In this document: positions 41,043-52,200 of the stretch, one piece after another
Position numbering within the stretch: the first letter of the stretch is position 1
Layout of the letters: each line of letters starts with the position of its first letter
Assembly (NCBI GenBank): GCA_965223845.1
Contig: CBDCXR010000004.1
Location: 5,408,001 to 5,472,000 of the forward strand
DNA length: 64,000 bases
Direction: 5' to 3'
Source of the DNA: Planctomycetota bacterium
GTDB taxonomy: Bacteria > Planctomycetota > UBA8108 > SXIK01
Notes under the pieces: generated by a model
What the model was told of the DNA's origin: nothing
The model's database searches: none
The model's input: only the letters and a program-made list of their open reading frames with translations
Translations under genes and position numbers: made by a program

Positions 41043-44000
41043 TCACTCACAGGCCGTCGAGTCCCCGCAGCTCAACCGATCAGCCGTCGGATCGAACCCG
41101 CACTCGCCGCCGGGACGAGCCGGATCCGGGCCCGTGCCGAAGAGCCAATTGAGCTCGAAGATCGCGTCGGCGATGTTCGCCTGACCGTCGTCGTTGAGAT
41201 CCGCCGCGTCGAGACAGATCGGCTCGGCCGCAGTGCCAAAGAGCCAATTCAGGCTGTAGATCGCGTCGGCGATGTTGCGCTCGCCGTCGTCGTTCACGTC
41301 GCCCCGGCGAAACTGCGGATCCTCGTTTGGATCGCGCGGCTCGGGCACGTCGACCGTGCACTCCGCGCGAACTGACTTCGAGACACCGATGCAGCCTCGC
41401 ACTTCGTAGCGATGTTCTCCCGGCTCGACGTACGAATCGACGAAGCGCGTGCATCCGCCCGTCAGCGACGCGATCATCGCGCCGTCTCGGTACACCCAGA
41501 TTTCCTCGTAGCGCACGGGGTTCTCCCACGCGAGGCAGGCGACGGTCTCGGCTCCATCTCGATAGAACCTCGCTTCGCAGGTGAACTCCTCCGGCGTCGG
41601 CGCTCCGAACAGACACTGGCGCATGTTGTTCGTCGCAATGCGATCGATTGGATTCGGAAACAGACGCGCGATGATCGTTCCGGGATCGTGCGGCATCTCG
41701 ACGTCGAGCTCAAGGCGCGCTCCCCCACCCGGGGCGAGCTCCGGCACGGTCGCCGAAGCAACGACCTCGTCGCGTCCGTCGCCATCCATGAAGACGATCT
41801 CGACGCCGAGTCGACTCTCTCCGTTCCCGTCGACCGGAGTGCACGCGAGACCGAGGTTCTCGACGTCCACCGTCGCGACGACGATGCCGCCGGGTCCGGG
41901 ATAGGAATCGCTGAGCCGGCAGACCGTAATCGCGGCGTCGGGAAGGACCTCGGTGTCGAACGACACCAAGGTCTTCCCTCCGCCGATGCCACCGGCCCGT
42001 CCTTCCGACCGGTGGCGCAGCTGGGCCCAGCCGCCGTCGAGGTTCATGGAATGGATCACACCGCCCGGAGAAATCGCCGTCGCGACGTTGGAATGAACTC
42101 GCTCGTCGTCGGTGAGACACACCGGCGCACCCCACTTCGCGTCCGACGCCGGTCCGATCGCGACCGACATCACGTTTCCCGAGCCCGCCCGCGAGCCGAG
42201 CGGCCCGAGTCCGTGATAAGTCATTACGTATTCCGCCGGGGCGAACGAGCCGCCACCGCCGCCGATCGGATCGTCGAAATCGATGTTCGGCCCCGCCGTC
42301 CACGCGATCGACGGATACATCCCGTTTTCCGGCTGGAGACACCGGCCGTGAATCAGCTCCGGCGTCTCGAAGACGCCCTCGGTGAACCGACTCGCGAATA
42401 CGTAACGATTGCTTCCGAGACCGGTGTCGTTCTCGCTCGCGCCCTTCCCGAGTGCGGTGAAGACAAGCATGCCGCTGCCGTCGCTCTGGAGCGCGAGATC
42501 GGGATGCAGCATCCCCGGATAGTCATCGGGGTTCGCAAATACCGGCGCGCCGGCCGACCAGCCGACGCCCTTCTCGTAGGTTGCGATGAGAAGATTCCGC
42601 CCGAGGTTCGAGTCCGTCAGGTTCTCGTGCTCGGGATCGTGAACCCAGATGCAGTACGTCGTGTCCCCCGACGGCGACGTCGCGAGCGTCGGGGCGATGT
42701 TGATCCCCGGAGGCGATAGCTTCGTCTCGCCGTCGAGCACTCCGCCGATTCCGACGCGCCGCGCGTAGATCGCCGTCGCATCGAGATTCGGGATGATCGG
42801 ATTCTGAATCACCTTCGCCGTGAGCGGATTCTCCGCGCTCACCTTGCCGATCGGCTGCTCGTAGATGACCTGAGACTCGGTTCCGATCTGAAGGAAGGAG
42901 TCCTCGAACCGCACCCAAGCCACCATCGCTTCCCCACCCGCCGCGACGGCGGCGCCGCTCGGATCTCGCGCGATCGCCGCCGAGCCGTCGGCACGCCTTG
43001 CGGAGGGAGCGACTTCTTCGGATCGATCAGACACTTGAATGAGAGGCTCGTTCTCGTCTCGGCGCCACAGATCAGCGACGTTCCGCTCGACGACCGCGAC
43101 CACGATGTCCTGCTGGGCTGCCGTGGAGTTCATGAGCGCGACGTTCGTCCCAACGGGACTCGTCGCCGCCTTGCCGCTCGTCCAAACGATGAACGCGCGT
43201 TCATTCGTCACGAACTCGACCGCAGGATCGATCACGTCGCCGATTGCCTGCGTAACGAGAAACGCGTTGTCTTCGTTCGTAAAGAAAATGCCGAGCGTTC
43301 GCTCCGGCGGGGAGACGGCCTCGACAGCGAACGCCTGCATCCACGTCGAACCGTCAGGCGAGTACGCGGTCGAGTTGCGGCTCGTCGTGAGGAACTTGAG
43401 TGTCGGATCCGCCACTCCCCCACCGGCACCGTCGATGATGTCGCCGCAATCGAGGCCGGCCGCTTGCTTGAGCAATCCGCAGATCTCGAAGAAATCGCAG
43501 GCTTCGGTGTCGAAGTTCGCCCCGGCCGAGAACGATACGAGCTCTTCGTCGTCGACGAGCGGCACCCGTCCGGGCGAGTAGCAAATCTCGTCGAAGAGCG
43601 CCCAGACGCAGGCTTCCACCTCGAAGAAGAGGCTGAACGCCGCGCGCATCTTGAGCCCGGAGTTCGGCGAGCCGTCGATGACACCCACGTGGGCGTCGAG
43701 GTCGATGTTCGCCTCGGGGATGAGGCGCGTCGCCACGGATGCGACGCCGAAGAGCACATCCGCGCGGACTTCGCAGGGAATCCGAATGTCGACGTCACCA
43801 CAAAGATACGCGTGCGTTTCGACGCGCGGGCCACCGCCCTGGAGGTCGGCGAACGGACGAACGTCGAGAGTGACGTTCGTTCCGACCAAGAAGTCGATGG
43901 CTAGAGAGATCGACGCCCACACCGTGACCGGCACCGGACCGATCGACCCCGTGTAGAGGATGGCGTCGAAAATCTCTTGCCGGAACGTGTTGTCGTAGAG

Positions 44001-47000
44001 GACGTCGATCGACTCCCAGTGATATTCGGGGAACGCGAGCCCGCCGGCGATGCCGTCCGGAATCGTCTCGCCCGGCTGAATGATGTTCGGCGCGCCCTCC
44101 ATTCGATTCCCGAGCGTGTCTCCGTGCGTCGCCCCGATCGCCGCTTCCTGAACGAAATCCTCGCCGACGATCGTGAACTCAGGGAGCGTACCGGAGGAGA
44201 GATCGTTGCCGAAGCTCGGGATCCCCGTTCCCGGCGGTAGACCTTCGACGGGGAAATCGACCTGCTTGCTCGGCCCGATCGGATAGTGCTCCTTCGTCGA
44301 ATGCGACGCCTTGAACGAGAAGCGGTAGGTCGCATCCTGCGCGTCGTAGAATCCGTTCCAGAAAGTGTGGTCGAGATTCGGCGGATGGTTGAGCATGCGC
44401 ATCGCTGAGCCGATCGGATGCCAAATGTCATCGACAAGCGTCGGGCCGTTCGAATCGTCGCCGAGGTGATGATTCGCCGGCCAACCGTCGTCGAACCGCC
44501 GCGTCTTCCCAGCGAACCATACGTTCTTCCAGTTCGTTCCGTTCGCGCCGGGGACCGAGGGTATCTTGTGGAGGTCTTCGATCCGCACATGGAGGTACTT
44601 GAGTCCGTTCTGCACCTCGGGACAGAGGTCCTCGACGATCATGTCAACGTCGGTGAACGGGACGAACGGCTGGTCGCCGACGAGAGACGCGACGACGAGG
44701 TCGAAGAGGACGTCGCTCTGCGACGGATCGTTCGGGTCGATGTAGACCGCCGGAACCACCTGTCCCTGGCAAAACCCGCGCGGCGCAACGAGAAGTCGAA
44801 ACTCGACCGGCCGCTCCGTGTCGAACTCACCGTTCCCCGGCGGCGGGATGAGGCCGACGACGGACCGGATTCCCTTCGGATCCGGTGTGGGGCACAGGAA
44901 CGAGTAGTAGACGAGATCGCACTCTACGTCCTGCGGCTGGATCGCGATCTGGTAGGAGCGCGTCGTCGACCGCGGGCAAAACTTGCTCCTCACTTCGACA
45001 TCCACGTAGTAACAGCCGAGCTCCTGCACCTGGGTCGTAATCTGGTGCGCGCTCCCCGAGCAGACCGTCGTCGGGTTGCCGCCCTTGTCGTAGATCGTCC
45101 AGACGTACTCGAATTCCGGGTTGTCCGGCTCACCCTCGGCGCCGCCGATCTTGTGCGGGATCCCGTCGCCGTCGATCCAGGTTCCGAACGCCTCGAGGCT
45201 CACCCACACGCCAGAGGCATTCTCGGGCGATACCGCTTCGCCGTGAATCGCCGTGATGACGGGAAGCGTGTCGCGGCCCGTCATGTCGCGGACGCGAACG
45301 AGCGGATACGGCGGACACGGCGACCCCGGGATCAGCAGCTCGTAATCGCGATCGTCGCTCCCGAACGCGAAATACTGAACGTCGTTGTCTCCGCCGACGA
45401 CATAGAGGTCGAGAAGGTATCGTCCGGCAGGAATCCGCTTGAGCGTTCCTTCGCCGTCGAGGCAGGGCTGAGGTCCCGTATCGTTCGGGTCCGCAGGGTT
45501 CGGCGGTGTTCCGATGTCGCGGTCCGCGCGGAAGTAGTTCACGCAGTGCCAGTCCTTCTTCGTCGTATCGATGAGGATGTTTGGAAACGTGAACTCGTCG
45601 GTGAAGTCGCTCTCGATGTGCCGGAGACGCCCGCGAAGCTCGACACCGGGCTTCGTCGCGATCTTGTGGTAGAAGCCGGCGAACTCGAGCACCGTCGCGT
45701 CGTTCGGAAGAAGGAATCCCGTCGTGATCTGGTTACCGGGTATCACACTCTGGAGCCACTCGGGCCGAATGAATCCGATGGCGCTCGGACTCTGCACCGC
45801 GCCGAGCTTTCCGAGGTCTTCGACGAGCGGAGCCTGGACGAAGCTCGGCTCGTCCGGTCCCGGAATCTTGCCCGCGCCGCCGTCTCCTTCCTCGTTGAAG
45901 ACGAGATCGGCGCAGCGCTCGACTTGCGCCGGCGCGTGGTCACCCCGAAGCGGAAACACACCGCCGCCGTCCGTTCCGTTGCCGGCGATCACTGGTCCGT
46001 TGCAGAACGCACGAATCGCATCCGCAACCGAGATCGCGAACTGGCCGCGCGACGAGACTCCGACGAACTGGAGCTGGAGGTGATCGCCGTTCGCCGCGAT
46101 GTTGAGCTCGGTCGCGTCGCCCGAGAGGACCATGATCTCCTCGCCGCTCTCGTCGCGAACCTCGATGCGCTCGTAGATTTCGGGATTGAACCAGCGGAAC
46201 CGAGCCTCTCCGCCTGCGAGGCTCGTCTCGAACTGCTGCGGACCGACGAGCTGTCGCGGCACGACGGGTTCGGGCTCGACCGTGAGAGCGCGCGCGAGCT
46301 GCGTGACGATCGTCCCGCCGCGCCGGAGCGAAACCGAGTACGTCCCCGGATCGAGGGCCGGCGTGAGCGACTCGAGCTCGTTCGCTCGCGGCATCGTCGC
46401 AAACTCCGCTTGATCGTTCCCGAAGTGAACTGACATCGATTCGAGCGCGTCCGCGGGAAGATTCTCGAAGAACAGCCGGATGCGGTTCCCCGCGCGAGGA
46501 TTGACCGTCGCCGGGTCGATGCGAAGCAGCTCGATCGGCTCGGGAAGGTAGGTGACACCGTCCGGAAGGCGGGCGTCTCCTCTCGGATCCTCAGCGACGA
46601 CGTCCACGGCCATCGGCTCGAAGAGGGGGTCGTCCGAGCCGCTCGCCGCTCTCCAGGTCGGCGCGACTCCGGAGATTTCCGTGCCTTCGGCGTTCACCGC
46701 ACTCCCGCCGATAAACGCTCTCCCGAAACGAACGCGGGTCTCACCCGAGAAGTTCTGGCCGAATACTCGAACCGCGACCGATCCTTCCCCCGCCGGAATC
46801 TGGCTCGGAAGGACGCGAGTGAGAACCGGAGGTGCCGGCGGTGGATCCGGGACGTAGCTCACGAGGTTCGATTCGCGCACGAGTCCACGCGAATCGGAAG
46901 CGAACACATCGACGAACGTCGGCTCGGTCGGATCGTCCGCGCCCTCGCTCACCGCATCCCAGCTCGGCACGGTCGCGGTCGCACTCAGTCCATCGGCGGC

Positions 47001-48125
47001 CACCGCGACGTCGCTGAGGCGCGCGCGGCGCCCGAACCCGAAGATCGTCACGTCGCGAAACGATCGGCCCCGAATTCGCACACGAATTCCGCCCTCGAGT
47101 GGAATTTCGTCCGGCGTGACGCTGGTGATGATGATCGGCGGTGCGGCCTCGACGGCCCGCGGCTGCGACACCGCTACCGCGCCGTTGGCGCAGCGGATCT
47201 CGAGAGCGTGAACTCCCGACGGAAGCGAGGGCGACAGCCCCGAAATCGTCGCGCGGTCGATCGACACTCTGGTGAGCTCCGCGCCGCCGAGCAGTACGAC
47301 GTGCGACGAGTCGACGCCCGGCGCCTCGATCGCCATCGGCGTACCGCCCGCGGTGGAGACGAGCGTCGGCGCGATTTCGTTGATCTCGAGCGGAGCGCAC
47401 GCCGGCGGACAGAGCGCATGGATCTCCGCGCGCGTGAGAACGTGGCTGTAGACGCGGACGTCGTCGATGCTGCCGTTAAAGGAGCAGCAAGGATTTGTCC
47501 GTCGGACGAGCGCACCGAGCGTCGTGTAGTCGAAGAGGATCGGCTCGAACGCGTAGCTGAAATCCGTCTCGTCTTCTTCGCCGTCGATCCAGAGCGTGGC
47601 GTCACCGTTGTTGTCGGTCCAGACCACGTGGCGCCACGACCCGTCGAGAACCTTTGTCGAGCTGAGCCGATTGAGGGGCGTACCCCGCGTCGAATCAATC
47701 CGGATGAGGAGATTCGAACTCGCGGCCGGATCCCGCCCGATCCCAAATCCGGGCTCGGGAAGATCGGTGAACCCTTCGCCGAAGATGTACGCGGCGCCGC
47801 GTCCTGGTCTTCCCTTCACCCAAAACGCGATCGAATAGCCACCGCGGCGAAAGACCGGGAGCCCCGAGTTGTTTCGAAAGCGGACACGTTCCGTGATGTT
47901 GTCGATGACGATCGCGCCCGAGCGGCGGCCGTCAAATCCTACTTCGAAGGTGGGCGTCCCTCCTCCGGGCAGCGTCCCGTCGTTTCCCCCAGGACCGCTG
48001 TCGGTGAGCGACAGGTTGAGCGTCCAATGAGAGATCAGATCGGCACGCGCCGACGGAGCAAGCGCCGCGAGCGCGAGCGTGAAACCGAAAACCTGGGTAA
48101 CTCTTCGCGTTGCCGTCGTCGTCAC
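41043..48125 (-). CDS. Giant secreted protein (~2360 aa): LamG, IPT/TIG x4, large unassigned region incl. PKD-like part, CARDB-like, Fn3-like, dockerin-like
   Basis: GGAGG RBS plus GTG; signal peptide (..SARA/D); LamG (WRHVVWT, GSIDDVRVY); IPT repeats (ITSVTP..GG..V.I.G..F); VENLG..VPELAPG; FRRGDVNDDG..DAADLNDDG C-terminus. Confidence 0.85.
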   Translation of the reverse strand: MTTTATRRVTQVFGFTLALAALAPSARADLISHWTLNLSLTDSGPGGNDGTLPGGGTPTFEVGFDGRRSGAIVIDNITERVRFRNNSGLPVFRRGGYSIAFWVKGRPGRGAAYIFGEGFTDLPEPGFGIGRDPAASSNLLIRIDSTRGTPLNRLSSTKVLDGSWRHVVWTDNNGDATLWIDGEEDETDFSYAFEPILFDYTTLGALVRRTNPCCSFNGSIDDVRVYSHVLTRAEIHALCPPACAPLEINEIAPTLVSTAGGTPMAIEAPGVDSSHVVLLGGAELTRVSIDRATISGLSPSLPSGVHALEIRCANGAVAVSQPRAVEAAPPIIITSVTPDEIPLEGGIRVRIRGRSFRDVTIFGFGRRARLSDVAVAADGLSATATVPSWDAVSEGADDPTEPTFVDVFASDSRGLVRESNLVSYVPDPPPAPPVLTRVLPSQIPAGEGSVAVRVFGQNFSGETRVRFGRAFIGGSAVNAEGTEISGVAPTWRAASGSDDPLFEPMAVDVVAEDPRGDARLPDGVTYLPEPIELLRIDPATVNPRAGNRIRLFFENLPADALESMSVHFGNDQAEFATMPRANELESLTPALDPGTYSVSLRRGGTIVTQLARALTVEPEPVVPRQLVGPQQFETSLAGGEARFRWFNPEIYERIEVRDESGEEIMVLSGDATELNIAANGDHLQLQFVGVSSRGQFAISVADAIRAFCNGPVIAGNGTDGGGVFPLRGDHAPAQVERCADLVFNEEGDGGAGKIPGPDEPSFVQAPLVEDLGKLGAVQSPSAIGFIRPEWLQSVIPGNQITTGFLLPNDATVLEFAGFYHKIATKPGVELRGRLRHIESDFTDEFTFPNILIDTTKKDWHCVNYFRADRDIGTPPNPADPNDTGPQPCLDGEGTLKRIPAGRYLLDLYVVGGDNDVQYFAFGSDDRDYELLIPGSPCPPYPLVRVRDMTGRDTLPVITAIHGEAVSPENASGVWVSLEAFGTWIDGDGIPHKIGGAEGEPDNPEFEYVWTIYDKGGNPTTVCSGSAHQITTQVQELGCYYVDVEVRSKFCPRSTTRSYQIAIQPQDVECDLVYYSFLCPTPDPKGIRSVVGLIPPPGNGEFDTERPVEFRLLVAPRGFCQGQVVPAVYIDPNDPSQSDVLFDLVVASLVGDQPFVPFTDVDMIVEDLCPEVQNGLKYLHVRIEDLHKIPSVPGANGTNWKNVWFAGKTRRFDDGWPANHHLGDDSNGPTLVDDIWHPIGSAMRMLNHPPNLDHTFWNGFYDAQDATYRFSFKASHSTKEHYPIGPSKQVDFPVEGLPPGTGIPSFGNDLSSGTLPEFTIVGEDFVQEAAIGATHGDTLGNRMEGAPNIIQPGETIPDGIAGGLAFPEYHWESIDVLYDNTFRQEIFDAILYTGSIGPVPVTVWASISLAIDFLVGTNVTLDVRPFADLQGGGPRVETHAYLCGDVDIRIPCEVRADVLFGVASVATRLIPEANIDLDAHVGVIDGSPNSGLKMRAAFSLFFEVEACVWALFDEICYSPGRVPLVDDEELVSFSAGANFDTEACDFFEICGLLKQAAGLDCGDIIDGAGGGVADPTLKFLTTSRNSTAYSPDGSTWMQAFAVEAVSPPERTLGIFFTNEDNAFLVTQAIGDVIDPAVEFVTNERAFIVWTSGKAATSPVGTNVALMNSTAAQQDIVVAVVERNVADLWRRDENEPLIQVSDRSEEVAPSARRADGSAAIARDPSGAAVAAGGEAMVAWVRFEDSFLQIGTESQVIYEQPIGKVSAENPLTAKVIQNPIIPNLDATAIYARRVGIGGVLDGETKLSPPGINIAPTLATSPSGDTTYCIWVHDPEHENLTDSNLGRNLLIATYEKGVGWSAGAPVFANPDDYPGMLHPDLALQSDGSGMLVFTALGKGASENDTGLGSNRYVFASRFTEGVFETPELIHGRCLQPENGMYPSIAWTAGPNIDFDDPIGGGGGSFAPAEYVMTYHGLGPLGSRAGSGNVMSVAIGPASDAKWGAPVCLTDDERVHSNVATAISPGGVIHSMNLDGGWAQLRHRSEGRAGGIGGGKTLVSFDTEVLPDAAITVCRLSDSYPGPGGIVVATVDVENLGLACTPVDGNGESRLGVEIVFMDGDGRDEVVASATVPELAPGGGARLELDVEMPHDPGTIIARLFPNPIDRIATNNMRQCLFGAPTPEEFTCEARFYRDGAETVACLAWENPVRYEEIWVYRDGAMIASLTGGCTRFVDSYVEPGEHRYEVRGCIGVSKSVRAECTVDVPEPRDPNEDPQFRRGDVNDDGERNIADAIYSLNWLFGTAAEPICLDAADLNDDGQANIADAIFELNWLFGTGPDPARPGGECGFDPTADRLSCGDSTACE

Positions 48126-48169
48126 GACTCGTCCCTCCAAGCGGCTTCGATCACCTCGTTAACCCGCAT

Positions 48170-48201
48170 TTCTCACCAGATTCGGTGAGCGAAGCGGCGA
48201 G
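48170..48201 (+). repeat. 32-bp hairpin-containing repeat, copy 2
   Basis: TTCTCACCAGATTCGGTGAGCGAAGCGGCGAG, 29/32 identical to 12708-12739. Confidence 0.7.
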
Positions 48202-48469
48202 ACGTCGCGGCGCATCCGATGCTCAGTTTTCGTCTCACGGCGTCGTAGTAGAATCTGGTGAGGAATGCGGGTTAGGGATGGGTTCGATCGCGCGATCGCG
48301 CTGCCGACCGCGCCCTCGCATCTCAAGATCCCGAACCGCCCTCGCCGCGGGGAAGAATCTCGGTAGAATTGCGGACGGCACGCCGCAACTTGGAGTGTGC
48401 AGGGAGTTTGGGGAAACTCGCGCGCTGCGCTGGTTCACCGACAACGACCTCTTCGAAGCGATACCGACG

Positions 48470-49090
48470 ATGGCGGAGGACGACTTTCCCGCGCTTCTCG
48501 ATCGCGCCAGAACCGGTGATTCGGCTGCCGTAGAAGAGCTTCTCGTTCTCATTCGTCCGCACCTCGAGCGGGTCGCGAGCGAGTATTCGAGCACCGACGC
48601 CGGGGAGAGCACGACCGACTTCGTCCAGGAGTCGTGGCTCGACGCGTGGCACAAGCTCGACCAGTTTCGCGGAAACGGCGCCGACACACTGCCGGCGTTC
48701 AAGGCGTGGACGCGCCAAATCGTGCGCACAAAGATCCTCAAGGCGCACCGACGCCGATCCGCGCAGAAGCGTCCAGATGCTCGCCGGAAGCTCACGCTCG
48801 GAGCACCCAGCTCGGAGCGGCCGACCCACGATCCCGTCGCGAGTGAATCCACGCCGAGCGGACACGCGAGACAGAAGGAGGAGGCTCGGCGCATCCAAGA
48901 CGCCCTCGCGCGCATCGAAGATGCCACGATTCGCGAGGTGGTCCGGATGCGCTTCTTCGAGCAGCGCTCGCTCCGCGAGATCGCCACCGCGCTCGAGATC
49001 ACTTACGACCAAACACGCGACCGATTCCACCGCGGTCTCGCCTGGCTGGGTCGCGACCTCAGGTCGCTCGCCGCGGAGGATCTGCGCTGA
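48470..49090 (+). CDS. ECF-type RNA polymerase sigma-70 factor (planctomycete STK-associated type)
   Basis: LLDRARTGDSAA, DFVQES, QFRG..FKAW, STPS motif, region 4 REVVRMRFFEQRSLREIA. Start ATG 48470. Confidence 0.85.
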   Translation: MAEDDFPALLDRARTGDSAAVEELLVLIRPHLERVASEYSSTDAGESTTDFVQESWLDAWHKLDQFRGNGADTLPAFKAWTRQIVRTKILKAHRRRSAQKRPDARRKLTLGAPSSERPTHDPVASESTPSGHARQKEEARRIQDALARIEDATIREVVRMRFFEQRSLREIATALEITYDQTRDRFHRGLAWLGRDLRSLAAEDLR

Positions 49091-49219
49091 CGCGACAAAG
49101 TTCGGGTTTCTCTCCCATACGCGGAACCCGATGGGATCTACGGATGGAGGCAGTCGACGCGAACAGAGGACTCTGGCAATCGAGGACCCGAGCACCGCAC
49201 GAATCCAACGCTCGAATCC

Positions 49220-52200
49220 ATGACGAAATCGTCGTCCGAATCACCACGCCCGCCAAACGACGCACTCGAAGCCGAGGTCGTCGAGATCGCCGAGCGTTTT
49301 CTCGACGGACTCGAAAGCGCGGAGCGCCCAGACCGAGAGGCGCTCGTCGCCGCGCGACCGGATCTCGCGCCTTGGCTCGAGGAGCGACTCGTCGCCATCG
49401 AGCTCGTTCACGATTTCGCAAGTGAGTCGCGGACCGGGGCGCCGTCGGGACGGATTCGCTGCCCACACTGCGGGCGAGTTTCGGCGGCGACACGCCCGGC
49501 GACGAGGAGCGATGGATCAGAGGGCGGACGCTCGACCTGTTCCGACTGTGGACGGACGTTTCGCGTCGATCGCGCGACGCTCAAGACAGACGCCGACGAC
49601 CTGCCGGAGCGCATCGGCCGCTTCGACGTCGTCGCGTTTCTCGGCCGCGGCGCGTTCGGCAACGTCTACAAGGCGATCGATCCGGACCTCGGTCGGCGCG
49701 TCGCCATCAAGATTCCTCGCGCGGGCTACTTCACGGCCGATGAGGAAGCGCGATTCCTGCGCGAGGCGAGAAGCGCGGCGAAGCTCCGGCATCCCGGAAT
49801 CGTCGCCGCGCACGAAATCGGGGACGCGCGCGGCGTGCCCTTTCTCGTCTCGGATTACGTCGAAGGGGTCTCGCTCGAAGAACGGACTCCCGGTCCCGAG
49901 ACGCCGGCCGAGGCGGCCCGGATCGCGCGAGCGATCGCCGAGGCACTCCACTACGCTCACGAAAGCGGGATCGTCCATCGGGACGTCAAGCCGGGTAACG
50001 TGATCGTCGATGGCGCGGGCGATCCTCATCTCACCGATTTCGGTCTCGCGCGTCACGACGAGGGCGAGGTGACGGTCACGATCGACGGGCAATTGCTCGG
50101 CACACCCGCGTTCATGTCGCCCGAGCAGGCGCGCGGAACCGTCGACGCCATCGACCGGCGTTCCGATGTCTACAGCCTCGGCGTCGTTCTCTACGAACTG
50201 CTCACCGGCGAGCGACCGTTTCGCGGATCGCGGAGCGTCGTTCTCAGCCAGGTCTTGAGCGACGAACCGCGTCCGCCGCGAGCGCTCAACGATCGCATCC
50301 CGATCGATCTCGAGACGATCTGTCTCAAGGCGATGGCGAAGGAGCCGAACCGGCGCTACGCGACGGCGAACGCGCTCGCCGAAGACCTCGGGCGATTCCT
50401 TTGCGGAGAGCCGATCTCCGCTCGTCCCGTCGGTCGGCTCGAGAAGACGTGGCGGTGGGCGCGCCGCCAGCCGGTCGTCGCAGGGCTCTTGGCCTCGGTC
50501 GCCTTCTTGATCGTAGCGGTCGCGGCCGTCTCTTTGGTCGCGGCCGTCTGGCTGTCTCGCGCCGTCGACGAGAGTGGACGGCGACTCGTGCACGCGCACA
50601 TTCAGAACGGCAGCCTGAGACTCGACCGAGGCGATGCCGGTTCGGCGCTGCCCTGGTTCGTTGAAGCACTGCGCTTCGACGAAGGAAAGATCGATCGCGA
50701 GGAGGTCCACCGGACGCGCATCGGAGCCGCATTCCGCTACCACCCGCGTCTCCTCCGGGTGTGGTTCGACGACGAGCCGGCGCGCGTCGTCGCGTTCGGG
50801 CCGGGCGGTGAGATTGCGCTGAGCTATTCAGGAACGACGGTGAAGCTCCTCGACGTCGAGGGCGGAGCGATCGCGAAATCATGGCAGCACTCGGCTGCCG
50901 TCGTCGACGCCGTCCTCGATCCCCTCGCCGCCCGGTGGACCGTCGTCGCCTGCGCCGATCGCTCGCTCCACATTCGTGACCTCTCGGAACCGAGCTCGGA
51001 CGCGCGCGTGGAGATGGAGCACGTCCCGTCGCGCCTCGCTGTGCATCCGCGCGGAGAGCTCGTCGTTAGCGCCGACGCCGGAGGGCACGCGATCGTTTGG
51101 GATCCCGAGCGAAGCCGCGAGATTCGGCGATTCGCACATCGCGGCGCCGTCTCCGATCTCGCGATCAGTCCCGACGGAAAACTCCTCGCGACGGCGGGCC
51201 GAAAGAGTGGAGTGTCGGTTTGGGAACTGTCGACTGGACGATCGCTCGGAGAGTTCCTTCGCGACGACGACGGATCGATCGTTCGCTGGGCTCACGACTC
51301 TAAGACTCTCTTCAGCTGCTTCGGGCGCCGCATGATCACGTGGGACACCGCCAAGCTCGAAGCTCTCGCCGAGTGGATCATCGGAGCCGACATCCGCGAC
51401 GCAGCGTGGTGCCCGAACGACTTGACCGTCGCGATCGCGGCGACCGACGGCTGGGCTCGCTACTGGCTCCCGCTTCGACAATGGGGGACACTCGGCGACG
51501 CGAAGTCGAGCGCACTTACGTCGGTAGAATTCGATCCGGCCGGGCTTCGCCTCGTGACCGGACGACGGGACGGACGCGCCGAGCTCTGGACGGCCGGAGC
51601 TCTGACGATTGCCGCCTCCCCGCTCCACCACAGCGGCGCGGTGACGAGCACGACCTTTCACCCGGGCGGATACCTCGTTCTCACCGCGAGCGAAGACGGA
51701 ACGACGCGGCTTTGGGATCTCACCCCCGGACCTCGCGTCACGGGTCTCGACGTCAGGGGGGATCCGGAGCCGATCTCCGACGAGGACGAGACGCGGCGCC
51801 TCCGCGTCGATCGTGACTCCGTCCGCGTTCACGCCACAGCGTCGGGAGTACCCCTCGCACCGCCGATGCGTCACCCGCGCGAGGTAGAGCTCGCTGCGTT
51901 CGGAGACGGGAAGACACGCATCGTTTCGGCGACGCGCCGAAACGTGCGTATCTGGGAGGCGGCGACCGCCGATCCGATCACGCCTTGGCTCCGGCACGAT
52001 CGCCCCCTCGCCTCCGTTCGTCTCGCCGAAGACGGCGCTCGCCTCGTCACGAGGGACGACATCGGAATCGAACGCGAATTCGAGTTCGCACCAGAAGCGC
52101 GCTCCGTTGGGGAGCTCGCGGTGGCGGCGAAGATCCTCGCCGCATCCGAGATCGATTCAGCGGGTGGCTTCGTCCGTCTCTCGCCAGAAGCGACGCGGCG

